The notes: a model not told the origin generated them from the sequence alone. A stretch of DNA of 64,000 bases from Candidatus Iainarchaeum sp. (GCA_016202305.1 JACQPB010000039.1:6661-70660); one strand, 5' to 3'. Counted from the first letter of the stretch, positions 1 through 9,361 are shown. Program-made: numbers and translations.

Positions 1-15
1 GCAAGGCGCGCCACC

Positions 16-405
16 GTGGAAGCCAAGCTGGGAAGCATGCAGCTAAGGCTCATGATTCCGAAGAGCCAGCGCAGCACGGAACACGAAGCCACGATAAAGA
101 AACGCCTCAGGGCGCACTTCAAAAAACACCTTGGGCAGCTTGAGGCGCAGAAGGCCGGCACTTTCAGGAACGGCGCGCTCCTCACGCTCGCAGGCTTCGC
201 CATACTCCTCGCAGCCACCTACATATCGGCAAAATGGGACGCGGGCCTTGGAGCCAGCTTCATGCTTGTGATATTGGAGCCAAGCGGCTGGTTCACTATA
301 TGGACAGGCATGGAAATGGCATTCTACAAGTCACACAAAGAGAAAAGGGAACTTGAATTCTATGGCAAAATGTCCAGGGCGGAAATAATATTCGTGGAAT
401 ACTGA
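16..405 (+). CDS. hypothetical membrane protein (129 aa, GTG start)
   Basis: ORF with two hydrophobic stretches (ALLTLAGFAILLAATYI; FMLVILEPSGWFTIW). No family recognised. Confidence 0.4.
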   Translation: MEAKLGSMQLRLMIPKSQRSTEHEATIKKRLRAHFKKHLGQLEAQKAGTFRNGALLTLAGFAILLAATYISAKWDAGLGASFMLVILEPSGWFTIWTGMEMAFYKSHKEKRELEFYGKMSRAEIIFVEY

Positions 406-433
406 CTGAACCGATTTTATTCCTTTTGCATGG

Positions 434-1129
434 ATGCATGGGTATATGCCATCAGTTACAATAGGCGTCACCGCGCCGCACACCATACCCGCGCACTTCC
501 TCACCCCGTTCCTCGCGCTCCTGAACCATACGGGCCAGAAAGTCGGCAACGTGAGCGTTTCCATGAGCACGCACTACTGCACTTATGAAGCGAGGAACAT
601 CTGCGCAAGGGCCGCGATAAAGAACGGCTCCGATTACCTCTTCTTCCTCGACGCGGACATCCTCGCGCCACCGGACACCATCGAGAGGCTCGTCGCGCGC
701 GACAAGGACATCATATCAGGGCCTTACCACCTCAAGTCCATACCATACAGGCCGCTCGCGTACATGAAAAGCGGGAAGGAAGGCGAGTACAACATGTGCA
801 CGGACATAGAGGAGGAAAAGCTCTATGAAGTAGACGGCGTCGGGGGAGGATGCCTCCTCATAAAAAGGCACGCGCTCGAGAAAGTCGGGGACCCCTACTT
901 CAGCTTCGCGCTCAACGGCAAGAACATAGGGGAGGACCTCTACTTCTGCAGCAAGGCACAGAAAGCGGGATGCGGCATATGGTACGACAACACCATACCG
1001 GAAGTCAAGCACTTCGGCGCGGCCATAGGATTCAACGACTTCAAGGCATGGAACTTCCACATCAAGCGCGGGGCAGTAAAATTCAACGCTGGAAGCGAAA
1101 ACCCTAACACTACGAAAAACAAGGAATGA
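434..1129 (+). CDS. family-2-like glycosyltransferase (GT-A fold)
   Basis: Motifs SDYLFFLDADILAPPDTIERL (DxD), GGGCLLIKRHALEKVGDPYF and GEDLYFC. Start is ambiguous (ATG at 434 or 446). Confidence 0.6.
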   Translation: MHGYMPSVTIGVTAPHTIPAHFLTPFLALLNHTGQKVGNVSVSMSTHYCTYEARNICARAAIKNGSDYLFFLDADILAPPDTIERLVARDKDIISGPYHLKSIPYRPLAYMKSGKEGEYNMCTDIEEEKLYEVDGVGGGCLLIKRHALEKVGDPYFSFALNGKNIGEDLYFCSKAQKAGCGIWYDNTIPEVKHFGAAIGFNDFKAWNFHIKRGAVKFNAGSENPNTTKNKE

Positions 1130-1218
1130 ATAGGCGCGACAGAAACTGCCGCAATTGAAAATGGACAAAAATGACGGCCGCGCTCCGGAAAAGGGGAACG
1201 CGGCGCGAAAATGGTTTT

Positions 1219-1335
1219 TCAGCGGCGCTTCTTCGCGCGCTTGTGGCCGGTCTTTGGCCCCTTCTTGGCCCCTGCCTTCTCAAGCTTCAGGCCTAGCCTC
1301 TCGAGCACCTTGCCAATCCTCTTCAAATCAACCAT
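1219..1335 (-). CDS. 38-aa highly basic micro-protein (MVDLKRIGKVLERLGLKLEKAGAKKGPKTGHKRAKKRR)
   Basis: Hand-translated; too short for the ORF track. ATG at 1335 is preceded by GAGGTGA 6 nt upstream. TGA stop at 1219-1221. Confidence 0.4.
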   Translation of the reverse strand: MVDLKRIGKVLERLGLKLEKAGAKKGPKTGHKRAKKRR

Positions 1336-1427
1336 GTGTTTTCACCTCTTTTAACCGAAAAATTGCACATAGCAACGCTTAAGAGGTATATAAAGGTAAT
1401 GTATAAGGGAAATGAAAGAGGGATTCA

Positions 1428-2156
1428 ATGCCGCCGAAAATGCCGATGCACAGAAGGCCAGGCCTCAGGGCAAGGGTCGCATGGGGGATGATGAGCCTTG
1501 CAAGGCCGCGCGGCTTCGCGGGAAGGACGGCGATGCCACAGCGCCAGGCATTGCACATGGCGCGGGGCCGGGGCCTTGCCGGCACTATTTTGGGCAGCCT
1601 CTTCGGCATGGGCCGAAGCCGCGCGGAAATGCCCTCACGCATCCCCGAACATGGATTGAGAGAAGTGAACCTGGCGGGCAACCCTGAAAGCGAAATCGCG
1701 ATGAACATGCGGGCGCACGCGCAGATGCTTGAAGACGCGAAGGCAAGGGCCGCGAACGAAATGAAAGACCTGATGAACAGCCGCGGATTCCTGAAGCGCA
1801 ACCCGAACCTGCCGCGCGAGGCCGCGATGACCATTTTCGAGCTGAGGTACCTCTTCTTCACCGCGCTGCAAAAGGGCGACGTGAAGAACCTCAAGGAATT
1901 CCGCAGCCACCTCGCAAAATGGATAGGGAAAGCGAGGAGGAACCCGCAGAACCCTGAAGTCGCGGCCTTCCGGAACCTCCTGAATGCTGCGCAGAGGGAA
2001 GTGCCGGCAGAGCGCATGGCCGGAGCGCTCGGAATGAGCCTCGAGCGCTCGTTCGACCAGCGCGAAACCAAGGAGCTGAACGAAAGGATAATACCCAACG
2101 TGCTCAAGGCCAAAGAGGGAGAAAACCCCGGCGACGAAATGGCCACCACGGAATGA
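1428..2156 (+). CDS. hypothetical protein (242 aa)
   Basis: The C-terminal two thirds look like a normal charged, helical protein (…MLEDAKARAANEMKDLMNSRGFLKRNPNLPREAAMTIFELRYLFFTALQKG…). GTATATAAAGG lies about 35 nt upstream of the ATG. The antisense ORF 1379..2149 is S/R/L-rich junk. Confidence 0.45.
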   Translation: MPPKMPMHRRPGLRARVAWGMMSLARPRGFAGRTAMPQRQALHMARGRGLAGTILGSLFGMGRSRAEMPSRIPEHGLREVNLAGNPESEIAMNMRAHAQMLEDAKARAANEMKDLMNSRGFLKRNPNLPREAAMTIFELRYLFFTALQKGDVKNLKEFRSHLAKWIGKARRNPQNPEVAAFRNLLNAAQREVPAERMAGALGMSLERSFDQRETKELNERIIPNVLKAKEGENPGDEMATTE

Positions 2157-2223
2157 ACAGGCGACGGCAGGAAAATTGAAATGAGGGGGGAATTATATAG
2201 GGCTTTGGGCGTAATTGTTTTTC

Positions 2224-2442
2224 ATGGATGCTCGTGTAAAGGAGCTTGTTAGGGAAGTTTTAGATGAAATATGGTTAATCAGGGCCAGGAAGGCTAAAAT
2301 GCCAAGGTCTCTTGAGGAAGCAAAGGGCGATTTGAAGGATGCCTCACACATAGCAAACAGGCTTTACGGCTTTGGCCACCCGCAGCCCAAAGCCAGCGTA
2401 TTTCTCTCAGCAACCTTTTTAAAGCGTTCACCGGAAGAATAA
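2224..2442 (+). CDS. small hypothetical protein (72 aa from MDARVKE…)
   Basis: ORF with AATTATATAG about 30 nt upstream of the ATG, so possibly leaderless. No family recognised. Confidence 0.35.
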   Translation: MDARVKELVREVLDEIWLIRARKAKMPRSLEEAKGDLKDASHIANRLYGFGHPQPKASVFLSATFLKRSPEE

Positions 2443-2496
2443 TTGAGCCAGAAAAACGGCAATAAGGGCGTTTTTTGCGCATTTTAAGTGGTTTTC

Positions 2497-3267
2497 ATGG
2501 GACTGAGGCCAGGGCACTGCTATAACACTACAAAGGACAGGCCGTACACGAGGCATGCCGTCACGGTGCACAACAGGAACTACATAGGCGCGGTTCCGGG
2601 CCTGAGGACAAGGCAGTTCAACATGGGCGACGGCATGAAGCAGTTCGACACCATAATTGACCTCATAGCCGACACGGGGCCGCTAGGCGCGCAAATCAGG
2701 GACAACTCGCTCGAGAGCGCGAGGCTCATGATAAACAGGGCCATGATAAAGAAGGTCGGCAAGGAAGGATTCTTCATCAAGCTCAGGATTTACCCGCACA
2801 ACATACTTCGCGAGAACAAGCAGGCGCAGGGGGCGCACGCGGACAGGATACAGAAAGGGATGAGCCACGCATTCGGCAAGACAATAGGAAGGGCCGCAAG
2901 GATAAGGGACGGGCAGGTGATTTTCTCGTCGCTCGTGTTCGAGGCGGACGCCCAGAAAGCGATGGACGCCATGCTCATGGCAAAGTCAAGGTTCACGTGC
3001 AGAGTACACGTGCGCGTCGGCAAGGATGTTGAAAGCATAGGCACCAAGCCCAAGAAGACGAGGGACCTCATCAAGGAAGAGGAAGAGGCGAAGGCCGCGG
3101 CGGCCACGGGAGCGGCAACGGAAGGCGCGGCGGCACCTGCAGCTGAAGCCGGAAAGGAAGGAGCGAAAGGGCCTGCAGCGGGGGCCGCAAAAGCCCCGGC
3201 AGCGGCCAAGGCAGACGCGAAAGCCGCGGAAAAGAAGCCCACGAAGAAGGAAGAAGCGAAGAAGTGA
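2497..3267 (+). CDS. rpl10e: 50S ribosomal protein L10e/uL16 with a ~74-aa Ala/Lys/Glu-rich C-terminal tail
   Basis: N-terminus MGLRPGHCYNTTKDRPYTRHAVTVHNRNYIGAVPGLRTRQFNMG plus …YPHNILRENKQA…GADRIQKGM…, which are typical uL16(L10e) strings. The tail is KEEEEAKAAAATGAATEGAAAPAAEAGKEGAKGPAAGAAKAPAAAKADAKAAEKKPTKKEEAKK. Confidence 0.9.
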   Translation: MGLRPGHCYNTTKDRPYTRHAVTVHNRNYIGAVPGLRTRQFNMGDGMKQFDTIIDLIADTGPLGAQIRDNSLESARLMINRAMIKKVGKEGFFIKLRIYPHNILRENKQAQGAHADRIQKGMSHAFGKTIGRAARIRDGQVIFSSLVFEADAQKAMDAMLMAKSRFTCRVHVRVGKDVESIGTKPKKTRDLIKEEEEAKAAAATGAATEGAAAPAAEAGKEGAKGPAAGAAKAPAAAKADAKAAEKKPTKKEEAKK

Positions 3268-3303
3268 ATAGGAAGTTAATTGCTTTCCCACAACTGTTCT
3301 TGT

Positions 3304-4314
3304 ATGCCTGAACTGATTGTAGACCTCGCAGAGGCAAGGAAATTCCTGCAGGAGAAGGGCGCGGGCACATGCATAGTGCAGATTCCAGAGGGCCTCAAGG
3401 GAAAGACAACGTGGATAATCGACGAGCTGAAGGGAAGCTGCGACAATGTTTTCGTGAAGATGGACCCGTGCTACGGCGCATGCGACCTGCCACTGCACGA
3501 CATGAAGGCCCTCAACGCAGATGCGATAATACACATCGGGCACGGCCCGATACACCGCAACAAGAACATCTTATACATAACATGCCGGTATGACCTGAGC
3601 GAACAGGAAATAAGGGAAAACGCCAACCGCCTCCTCAAGGAGCTCGGCAAGCGCGGCGCGAGGAACATCGCGCTTATTGCGAACGCGCAGTACCAGCACG
3701 CCCTTCCGGCCCTGAAAAAAATCCTATTCGAGAACGGCATTGCGGCGCACATAGGGGCCGGCACGTCAAGGATAGCCTCGGAAGGGCAGGTGCTCGGATG
3801 CAATTACACGGTTGTAGAGAGCATACAGGCCGGCATTGACGCGAACGTGTACTTCGGCGACGGCCACTTCCACCCACAGGGCCTCGTTTTCAGCACGACA
3901 AAGCCCGTCATTGCCGTGAACCCGCTGCACGGCACGGTCGAGGAAATTTCCGAGAAAAACAGGGACAGGCTCATGCGGAAGAGGTTCGCGGCAGTGGCGA
4001 AAGCCAGCGAAGCCAAGAGCTTCGGCATAATACTCTCGGTCAAATCAGGCCAGAGGCAGAAGGAAAAGGCGCTGGAGCTGAAGAAGGCCATAGAGCGCGC
4101 GGGAAGGAAGGCATACCTCCTCGAAATGGACCTCGTGGTCGAAAGCTACATGGCCGGAGTGAAGGTGGACTGCCTCGTGAACACCGCGTGCAACAGGATT
4201 GTGCTGGATGATGCCGAGAACTGGAAAAGGTTAATTATAAATCCAACAGAGTGCCTAATAGCAATAGGCGAAAAGAAATGGGAAGAATGGAAGCCGGATG
4301 AATTCCTGCACTGA
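3304..4314 (+). CDS. dph2: diphthamide synthase subunit Dph2 (2-(3-amino-3-carboxypropyl)histidine synthase)
   Basis: IVQIPEGLKGKTTWIIDELK…VFVKMDPCYGACDLPLHDMKALNADAIIHIGHGP, plus length and architecture typical of archaeal Dph2. ATG at 3304 is preferred over TTG at 3280. Confidence 0.8.
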   Translation: MPELIVDLAEARKFLQEKGAGTCIVQIPEGLKGKTTWIIDELKGSCDNVFVKMDPCYGACDLPLHDMKALNADAIIHIGHGPIHRNKNILYITCRYDLSEQEIRENANRLLKELGKRGARNIALIANAQYQHALPALKKILFENGIAAHIGAGTSRIASEGQVLGCNYTVVESIQAGIDANVYFGDGHFHPQGLVFSTTKPVIAVNPLHGTVEEISEKNRDRLMRKRFAAVAKASEAKSFGIILSVKSGQRQKEKALELKKAIERAGRKAYLLEMDLVVESYMAGVKVDCLVNTACNRIVLDDAENWKRLIINPTECLIAIGEKKWEEWKPDEFLH

Positions 4315-4323
4315 GGTGATTGC

Positions 4324-4725
4324 ATGGCACGCCCTCAACCAAGAATTTCGGTAACACGCCGAACAGCGATTAGAAAGATTCAAAGAAAAATAAGCGAACT
4401 CAGGCCTATACCAAGCACAAGACGAAGGATTATAGCTGCACGCAGGAAGAAAATCCCAATAGGAAAGCAATTCAGGATAGAAAATGAGGAATTTATACTT
4501 GATGGCTATGGCCGAGCGTATCCACTTGCAAATCCAGAAACGCCACTCTCGACAATAATAGTGCCAACACCTCACTTGTCGGCCAAATTCAGGACATTTA
4601 TAGAATCGCCTAAAGGCAAGTTCATAGAAATCGCGAATGGAAAACTAAAGATGGTGTATGATGAAAACACCCTTGATACACTACATTTCTTTAAGGGCCA
4701 GCGCTACAAGGAACACTCTGACTGA
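4324..4725 (+). CDS. hypothetical protein (133 aa, Arg-rich N-terminus)
   Basis: ORF in a locally A+T-richer stretch. No family recognised. Confidence 0.4.
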   Translation: MARPQPRISVTRRTAIRKIQRKISELRPIPSTRRRIIAARRKKIPIGKQFRIENEEFILDGYGRAYPLANPETPLSTIIVPTPHLSAKFRTFIESPKGKFIEIANGKLKMVYDENTLDTLHFFKGQRYKEHSD

Positions 4726-4780
4726 CAATTGTAATAAAACCTAAACTTTCTGCGTGCCCCCCCACCCGAAAAAATCAAGT

Positions 4781-5701
4781 TCAAAAGTCTATATGATACG
4801 GGTTCGGCCTCTCGTAATCATCGTGCCCGCGCTGGCCCTTCCTCTTTTTCCTCTTCTTCACTGCACGCGGCTGCGCAGAAGCGGCATCATCCCCGGGCTC
4901 GGAGGTTTCCGGCGCGGAAACAGCGCCAATATCCCGAATCACTGTGCCAGTGAAGGCCGAGCCATTGATGTAATTCGAGAAATTCTGCATGTCATTGCCG
5001 TTAAGGACGACGGCCGGAATCCTGCTCCGCTGGAGGATGAGGCAGCAGGCGAGGTCGAGCACCACATTCTGGCCCGGAACCGAGCCGGCGGCAACAATGA
5101 GCGAAACGAGCTGGCCGTACCCTATCTCCTCAAAGCGCTTCGCACCGGCATTGTCGGCAGGGTTTGAATCATAGATGCCGTCAACATTCGTCAGGTTAAC
5201 GAAAACCGCGCCGAGGTGCTCCGCGAGCAGAGCGCCCACAGAATCCGTCGTAAAGAAAGGCATGATGCCGCCGAACACCGGGATTTTCCCAGAATCCAGC
5301 ACGGCGCTGGCGCGCGTGATGTCAGTGAGCACTTCCCTATGCGCGGAAGGAACGGCATTCGCGACAAGCATTGCGTTCGCGCGCGTGATGTGTATGCCGA
5401 GCAAATCAAGGCCGAAATTGTTCTGCGAAAACGAGCGCATTGCCTCGACATAATTGCGCGCGGCCCTGCCGCCCCCGACAACGAGAACGAAGCGCTTTCC
5501 GGAGGAATGGAGCGAGCTTATCATGTCAGCTATTGCGCGGATTTTTTCCGCATTTGGGCCGGCATCATCCGCAATCAGGCTGCCGCCTATCGAAACCACG
5601 AAAAGGCCGGAGGAAGAATCAGGCCTGTATGGCTGCGCCCTCCTGTCCATGTGCTCCTGCGCCTGCATTTCCTCATGCACAGTCTCGAAAATGTCGAACA
5701 T
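4781..5701 (-). CDS. pyrH: archaeal-type uridylate (UMP) kinase with a basic C-terminal extension
   Basis: LFVVSIGGSLI…GKRFVLVVGGGRAARNYVEAMRSF…LLGIHITRANAMLVANAV…PVFGGIMPFFTTDSVGALLAEHLGA (amino-acid kinase fold). The extra tail is …AVKKRKKRKGQRGHDDYERPNPYHIDF. Confidence 0.8.
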   Translation of the reverse strand: MFDIFETVHEEMQAQEHMDRRAQPYRPDSSSGLFVVSIGGSLIADDAGPNAEKIRAIADMISSLHSSGKRFVLVVGGGRAARNYVEAMRSFSQNNFGLDLLGIHITRANAMLVANAVPSAHREVLTDITRASAVLDSGKIPVFGGIMPFFTTDSVGALLAEHLGAVFVNLTNVDGIYDSNPADNAGAKRFEEIGYGQLVSLIVAAGSVPGQNVVLDLACCLILQRSRIPAVVLNGNDMQNFSNYINGSAFTGTVIRDIGAVSAPETSEPGDDAASAQPRAVKKRKKRKGQRGHDDYERPNPYHIDF

Positions 5702-5748
5702 GCCGACCTAACAAATGTCAGCCCGGATATTTAATCGTTGCCCCGCAG

Positions 5749-6132
5749 TCATTTGCGGCGGAAAATGCGCAAATACCATGGCTTTTTTGGCGGTTGCTGA
5801 ACCGGAGGGAGATGGGCACGAGCCAGTTCAATGGCTTCAGGGTACTGCGTGCCCTGCAATGAATCAGGGGCACGGTACTTTCCGAGCGATTCCTTGAGCC
5901 CTTCCAGCGCATAAGTGGCAGCCATGTCGAACCTCACGCCCCGCCGCTTCTGGCCATCGAGGAAACCAGGCAAATGGGGGAGAAATTCTGGATTGGCCAT
6001 TTGCACGAACAGCCTTATCTGTTCGAGCCGCTCAACACTCAAGGGATGCTTGAGGCCCTGCGTGGCTTGACTAATTTGAGCCATAAGCTGGCCCTCGAAT
6101 TTGCGCCTCGCGTCTCCCTCTGCATCTGCCAT
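5749..6132 (-). CDS. hypothetical protein (127 aa)
   Basis: ORF with ordinary composition. No family recognised. Confidence 0.45.
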   Translation of the reverse strand: MADAEGDARRKFEGQLMAQISQATQGLKHPLSVERLEQIRLFVQMANPEFLPHLPGFLDGQKRRGVRFDMAATYALEGLKESLGKYRAPDSLQGTQYPEAIELARAHLPPVQQPPKKPWYLRIFRRK

Positions 6133-6296
6133 GCATTATATACATATGCGAATGCGGGATAAAAGTTTTCCTGTCAACCGGGAAGCACGAATACGGGCAA
6201 AGAAGGGCAATAAAAAGTATTTTAATGCGAAAGGGGCAACTTATTATCATGGCTTCAAACGCTTTTGTTTGACCTGTTTCTGAATTAATCTGCCTA

Positions 6297-7958
6297 GTGA
6301 TGGCCATGGCGATTGCTGTTGACACGAGTGCCTCGGAAGAAGTCATTTTCAAAAAGAAGCTCAAGAAGCTCGAACAGTATAAGGGCCGCGGCACGGAGCT
6401 GATAAGCGTCTACATACCGCCAGGAACGGACAGGAGCGCCGTGATGGGCCAGCTCTCGGAGGAAGTGAGCCAGAGCGGGAACATCAAGAGCCCACAGACG
6501 AGGAAGAACGTGCAGGGCGCGCTGCGCAAAATCATAAACTTCCTCAAGCAGATAGACTTCGGCATACCCGCCAACGGCCTAGTCGTGTTCGCAGGCAACA
6601 TATCCGAAACAGAGGGAAGGGCGGACCTGAGGCTGTTCACCATAAGGCCGATAAAGGAGCTGCGCACGAAGCGCTACTGGTGCGACTCGGAATTCCACCT
6701 CGAGCCACTGAAGGAAATGGCGAGGCCGAGCAACGCATACGGCCTCATAACCATAGACAAGAGCGAGGCCACGATAGCGATACTCGTCGGAAAGAGGTAC
6801 GAAATACTTGGCCACTTCACATCAGGGTACAGCGGGAAGATGAGGGCCGGGGGGCAGTGCATAGCGCCTGGCACTAGTGTCATGCTTTCAGATGGCAGGG
6901 AATTGAAAGCGGAAAGCATTGATGTGAATGGCGCCCTGAAAAGTGCGGATTTGGCGCAAATGAAAATCGCGGATACAGCAATAAACGCGAAATGGGAAAA
7001 AAGAAAGAAAGAGTGGCTATCCATAACAACAAAAAACCCGGAAAGGAAACTGGATTGCTCAAGAGAACACGCCATTTTCGCATGGGAAAGCGGCAGGATT
7101 CATGAAAAAGAGGCCAGCAAACTGAACGCGGGGGAATTTTTAGTGGCCTATGACAGGAACATGGACAGATTTGTCCCTGCGGAAATAAGCAGGATAAAAG
7201 CGAATACGGGGCAAACAAGAATGATTGACTTCAGCACCGCATCAAGAAACTTCATCGCCAACGGCCTTGTGGTTCACAACTCCGCCCAGCGCTTCGAGCG
7301 CCTGCGCGAGGAGGCCGAGCAGGAGTTCTACAAGCGCATAAGCGGGAAATCTAACGCCGCGTTCCTGCCATACGGCGAGAAGCTCCAGGGCCTGATAGTG
7401 GGCGGCCCGGGCATGACCAAGCAGTTCTTCCTCGAAAAGGACATGCTCGACCATCGGCTGAAGGGCAAGGTGCTGGCAACGCTCGACACATCTTATACTG
7501 ACGAATCCGGCATACGCGAGCTGATGCAGAAATCCGAAACCGTGCTCAAGGACACCGACCTCATGAAGGAGCGCGCGGCAATGAACGACTTCTTCACGCG
7601 CCTCGCGAAGGACGGCCTCGCGACATACGGCGAGAAGGAAGTCTTCAAGGCGCTTGAAATGGGCCAGGCGGAAAAGGTGCTGGTCAGCGAGGGCATAGAC
7701 TGGGTGGTGTACAAGGTGCAGAACGTCTCCAACGGGGAAGTGAAGACCATAGTGGACAAGGACAACACATTCTCGGAGACGGGCTTCAGGGGCGAGCACG
7801 TGGAAGTGATAGAGGAGGAAGAATACATCGATTACATGATGGAAAAGGCCTCGCAGACATCCGCGAAAGTGGAAGTGGTTTCCATAGAAACGCCTGAAGG
7901 CGAGCAGTTCTACAAGGGCTTCGGCGGCCTCGGTGCGATACTGAGGTACAGGCTGTGA
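6297..7958 (+). CDS. prf1: peptide chain release factor aRF1, interrupted in frame by a mini-intein
   Basis: KLKKLEQYKGRGTELISVYIPPGTD…NIKS(P)QTRKNVQ…GLVVFAGNI…YWCDSEFHLEPL… then …GKMRAGGQ|C…HN|SAQRFERLREE. The protein is 553 aa, or 412 aa once the 141-aa insert is removed. Confidence 0.9.
   Translation: MMAMAIAVDTSASEEVIFKKKLKKLEQYKGRGTELISVYIPPGTDRSAVMGQLSEEVSQSGNIKSPQTRKNVQGALRKIINFLKQIDFGIPANGLVVFAGNISETEGRADLRLFTIRPIKELRTKRYWCDSEFHLEPLKEMARPSNAYGLITIDKSEATIAILVGKRYEILGHFTSGYSGKMRAGGQCIAPGTSVMLSDGRELKAESIDVNGALKSADLAQMKIADTAINAKWEKRKKEWLSITTKNPERKLDCSREHAIFAWESGRIHEKEASKLNAGEFLVAYDRNMDRFVPAEISRIKANTGQTRMIDFSTASRNFIANGLVVHNSAQRFERLREEAEQEFYKRISGKSNAAFLPYGEKLQGLIVGGPGMTKQFFLEKDMLDHRLKGKVLATLDTSYTDESGIRELMQKSETVLKDTDLMKERAAMNDFFTRLAKDGLATYGEKEVFKALEMGQAEKVLVSEGIDWVVYKVQNVSNGEVKTIVDKDNTFSETGFRGEHVEVIEEEEYIDYMMEKASQTSAKVEVVSIETPEGEQFYKGFGGLGAILRYRL
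6858..7280 (+). other. mini-intein (141 aa, no endonuclease domain) inserted between GGQ and Ser of aRF1
   Basis: Begins with Cys (TGC 6858-6860: CIAPGTSVMLSDG…) and ends …NFIANGLVVHN (AAC 7278-7280), followed by Ser+1. Removing it restores the conserved GGQSAQRFERL. The DNA is visibly more A+T-rich than the flanks. Confidence 0.85.
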
Positions 7959-9265
7959 AAGTGCCGGAAAGCCTGACAAAAATGATTCCCATGACCGGCA
8001 TAAAGCACTACACCACGACGACAAAGGGAATCGGCGGCCAGATAAAGCGCAGGATTTCCGACTTCATCGTGCGCGAAACGACGCCAGAAGGCAGGCACCT
8101 CTCGAACGAAGTGTTCGGGGAGTGGGAGCCGCCGCGCGAGCAAAAGCTTGAAGTGCCATGGCAGCCGGAAGGCACGGAGTACCTGCATGTCACGATGGAG
8201 AAATTCAACCTCGACACGAACGAGGCGCTACGCAGGGTTTCACGAGCGCTCTATGTGTCCCCCAAGCGCATAGGGTACGCCGGCATGAAGGACAGGCGCG
8301 CAATAACCGTGCAGAGGATTTCCATATGGAACCCTGACGCGCAGAGGCTTGCCGCATTCAGGAGCAGGTATGTGTCGCTCCGCGAGCCGGAGTGGAGGCA
8401 GGGCAGGATAGAGATAGGGGACCTGAAAGGCAACGGATTCGAAGTGACTGTGAGGGGAATAGAAATGGGGGAGGAAGAGCTGCGCCGCACCATAGGGGAA
8501 TGCTTCTCGGAAATGACCACGCATGGAGTGGCGAACTACTTCGGCGAGCAGAGGTTCGGGGGAGCACGCGAAATAACGCACCGCGTGGGAAAAGAATTCA
8601 TAAAAGGCAACCTCGAGGGAGCGGTCATGCTCTACCTGACAGGAGAGAGCAAGAGCGAAGAGCAGGAAATAGCCGACGCGAGGAAGAGCCTCGCGGAAAA
8701 CAAGGATTTCGCACGCGCACTCAGGGAATTCCCGGCCAAGTTCAGGTACGAGCGCTCCATACTGCACCACCTGAGCGTGCACCCCCGCGATTTCGTCGGC
8801 GCTTTCCAGAAGCTGCCGAAGCACCTAACATACTTGTTCACGCACGCCTACCAGAGCTACATATTCAACGAAATAATCAATGCGCGCATCGAAACCGGCA
8901 TCGGCCTCGGACCATGCGAAGGCGACATCCTTGAGGATGGAGAGGCAACGGCGGCATTGCCGGGGTTCGACTCGGCCCTCGCGGAAGGAAGGCCCGGAGA
9001 GGCGGAAAGGAGCGTGCTAGAAAAGGAAGGAGTGAAGCCCGAGGACTTCAGGGTGAAGAGCTTCATGGAGCTGAGCTGCAGCGGAGGGAGGAAAAAAATA
9101 GTGCTCAGGCCGCATGAGCCGAGGCTCATTGGCATTTCTGCAGACGAATGTAATGAGGGCAAAATCAAGGCAAAAATAGGGTTTTGGCTCGAAAAAGGCA
9201 ATTATGCGACAACAATACTCAGGGAGCTACATAAGCTGCCCTATACACAGGAAAAAAACCCGTGA
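7955..9265 (+). CDS. truD: tRNA pseudouridine synthase TruD/Pus7 family
   Basis: GIGGQIKRRISDFIVRE…, YAGMKDRRAITVQRISIW, NYFGEQRFG. The GTG start overlaps the aRF1 stop (GTGA). Confidence 0.85.
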   Translation: MKVPESLTKMIPMTGIKHYTTTTKGIGGQIKRRISDFIVRETTPEGRHLSNEVFGEWEPPREQKLEVPWQPEGTEYLHVTMEKFNLDTNEALRRVSRALYVSPKRIGYAGMKDRRAITVQRISIWNPDAQRLAAFRSRYVSLREPEWRQGRIEIGDLKGNGFEVTVRGIEMGEEELRRTIGECFSEMTTHGVANYFGEQRFGGAREITHRVGKEFIKGNLEGAVMLYLTGESKSEEQEIADARKSLAENKDFARALREFPAKFRYERSILHHLSVHPRDFVGAFQKLPKHLTYLFTHAYQSYIFNEIINARIETGIGLGPCEGDILEDGEATAALPGFDSALAEGRPGEAERSVLEKEGVKPEDFRVKSFMELSCSGGRKKIVLRPHEPRLIGISADECNEGKIKAKIGFWLEKGNYATTILRELHKLPYTQEKNP

Positions 9266-9361
9266 AACGAGAAAAATGCCTGAATGCAGGCCAAAAAATG
9301 CTTGTTTTCCCCGTAAAATAGCTTAAAATATACCTTTCATCCGGAAATTCATGCGAATGGC

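Noticed and set aside
1379-2149. 256-aa minus-strand ORF. The same applies to similar long antisense ORFs at 7242..8024, 8240..8824, 20744..21736, 28559..29218, 35392..36303, 40553..41392, 46083..46667 and 60294..61241.
   Set aside because: Each overlaps a well-supported gene on the opposite strand and has Ser/Arg/Leu/His-rich junk composition without motifs.
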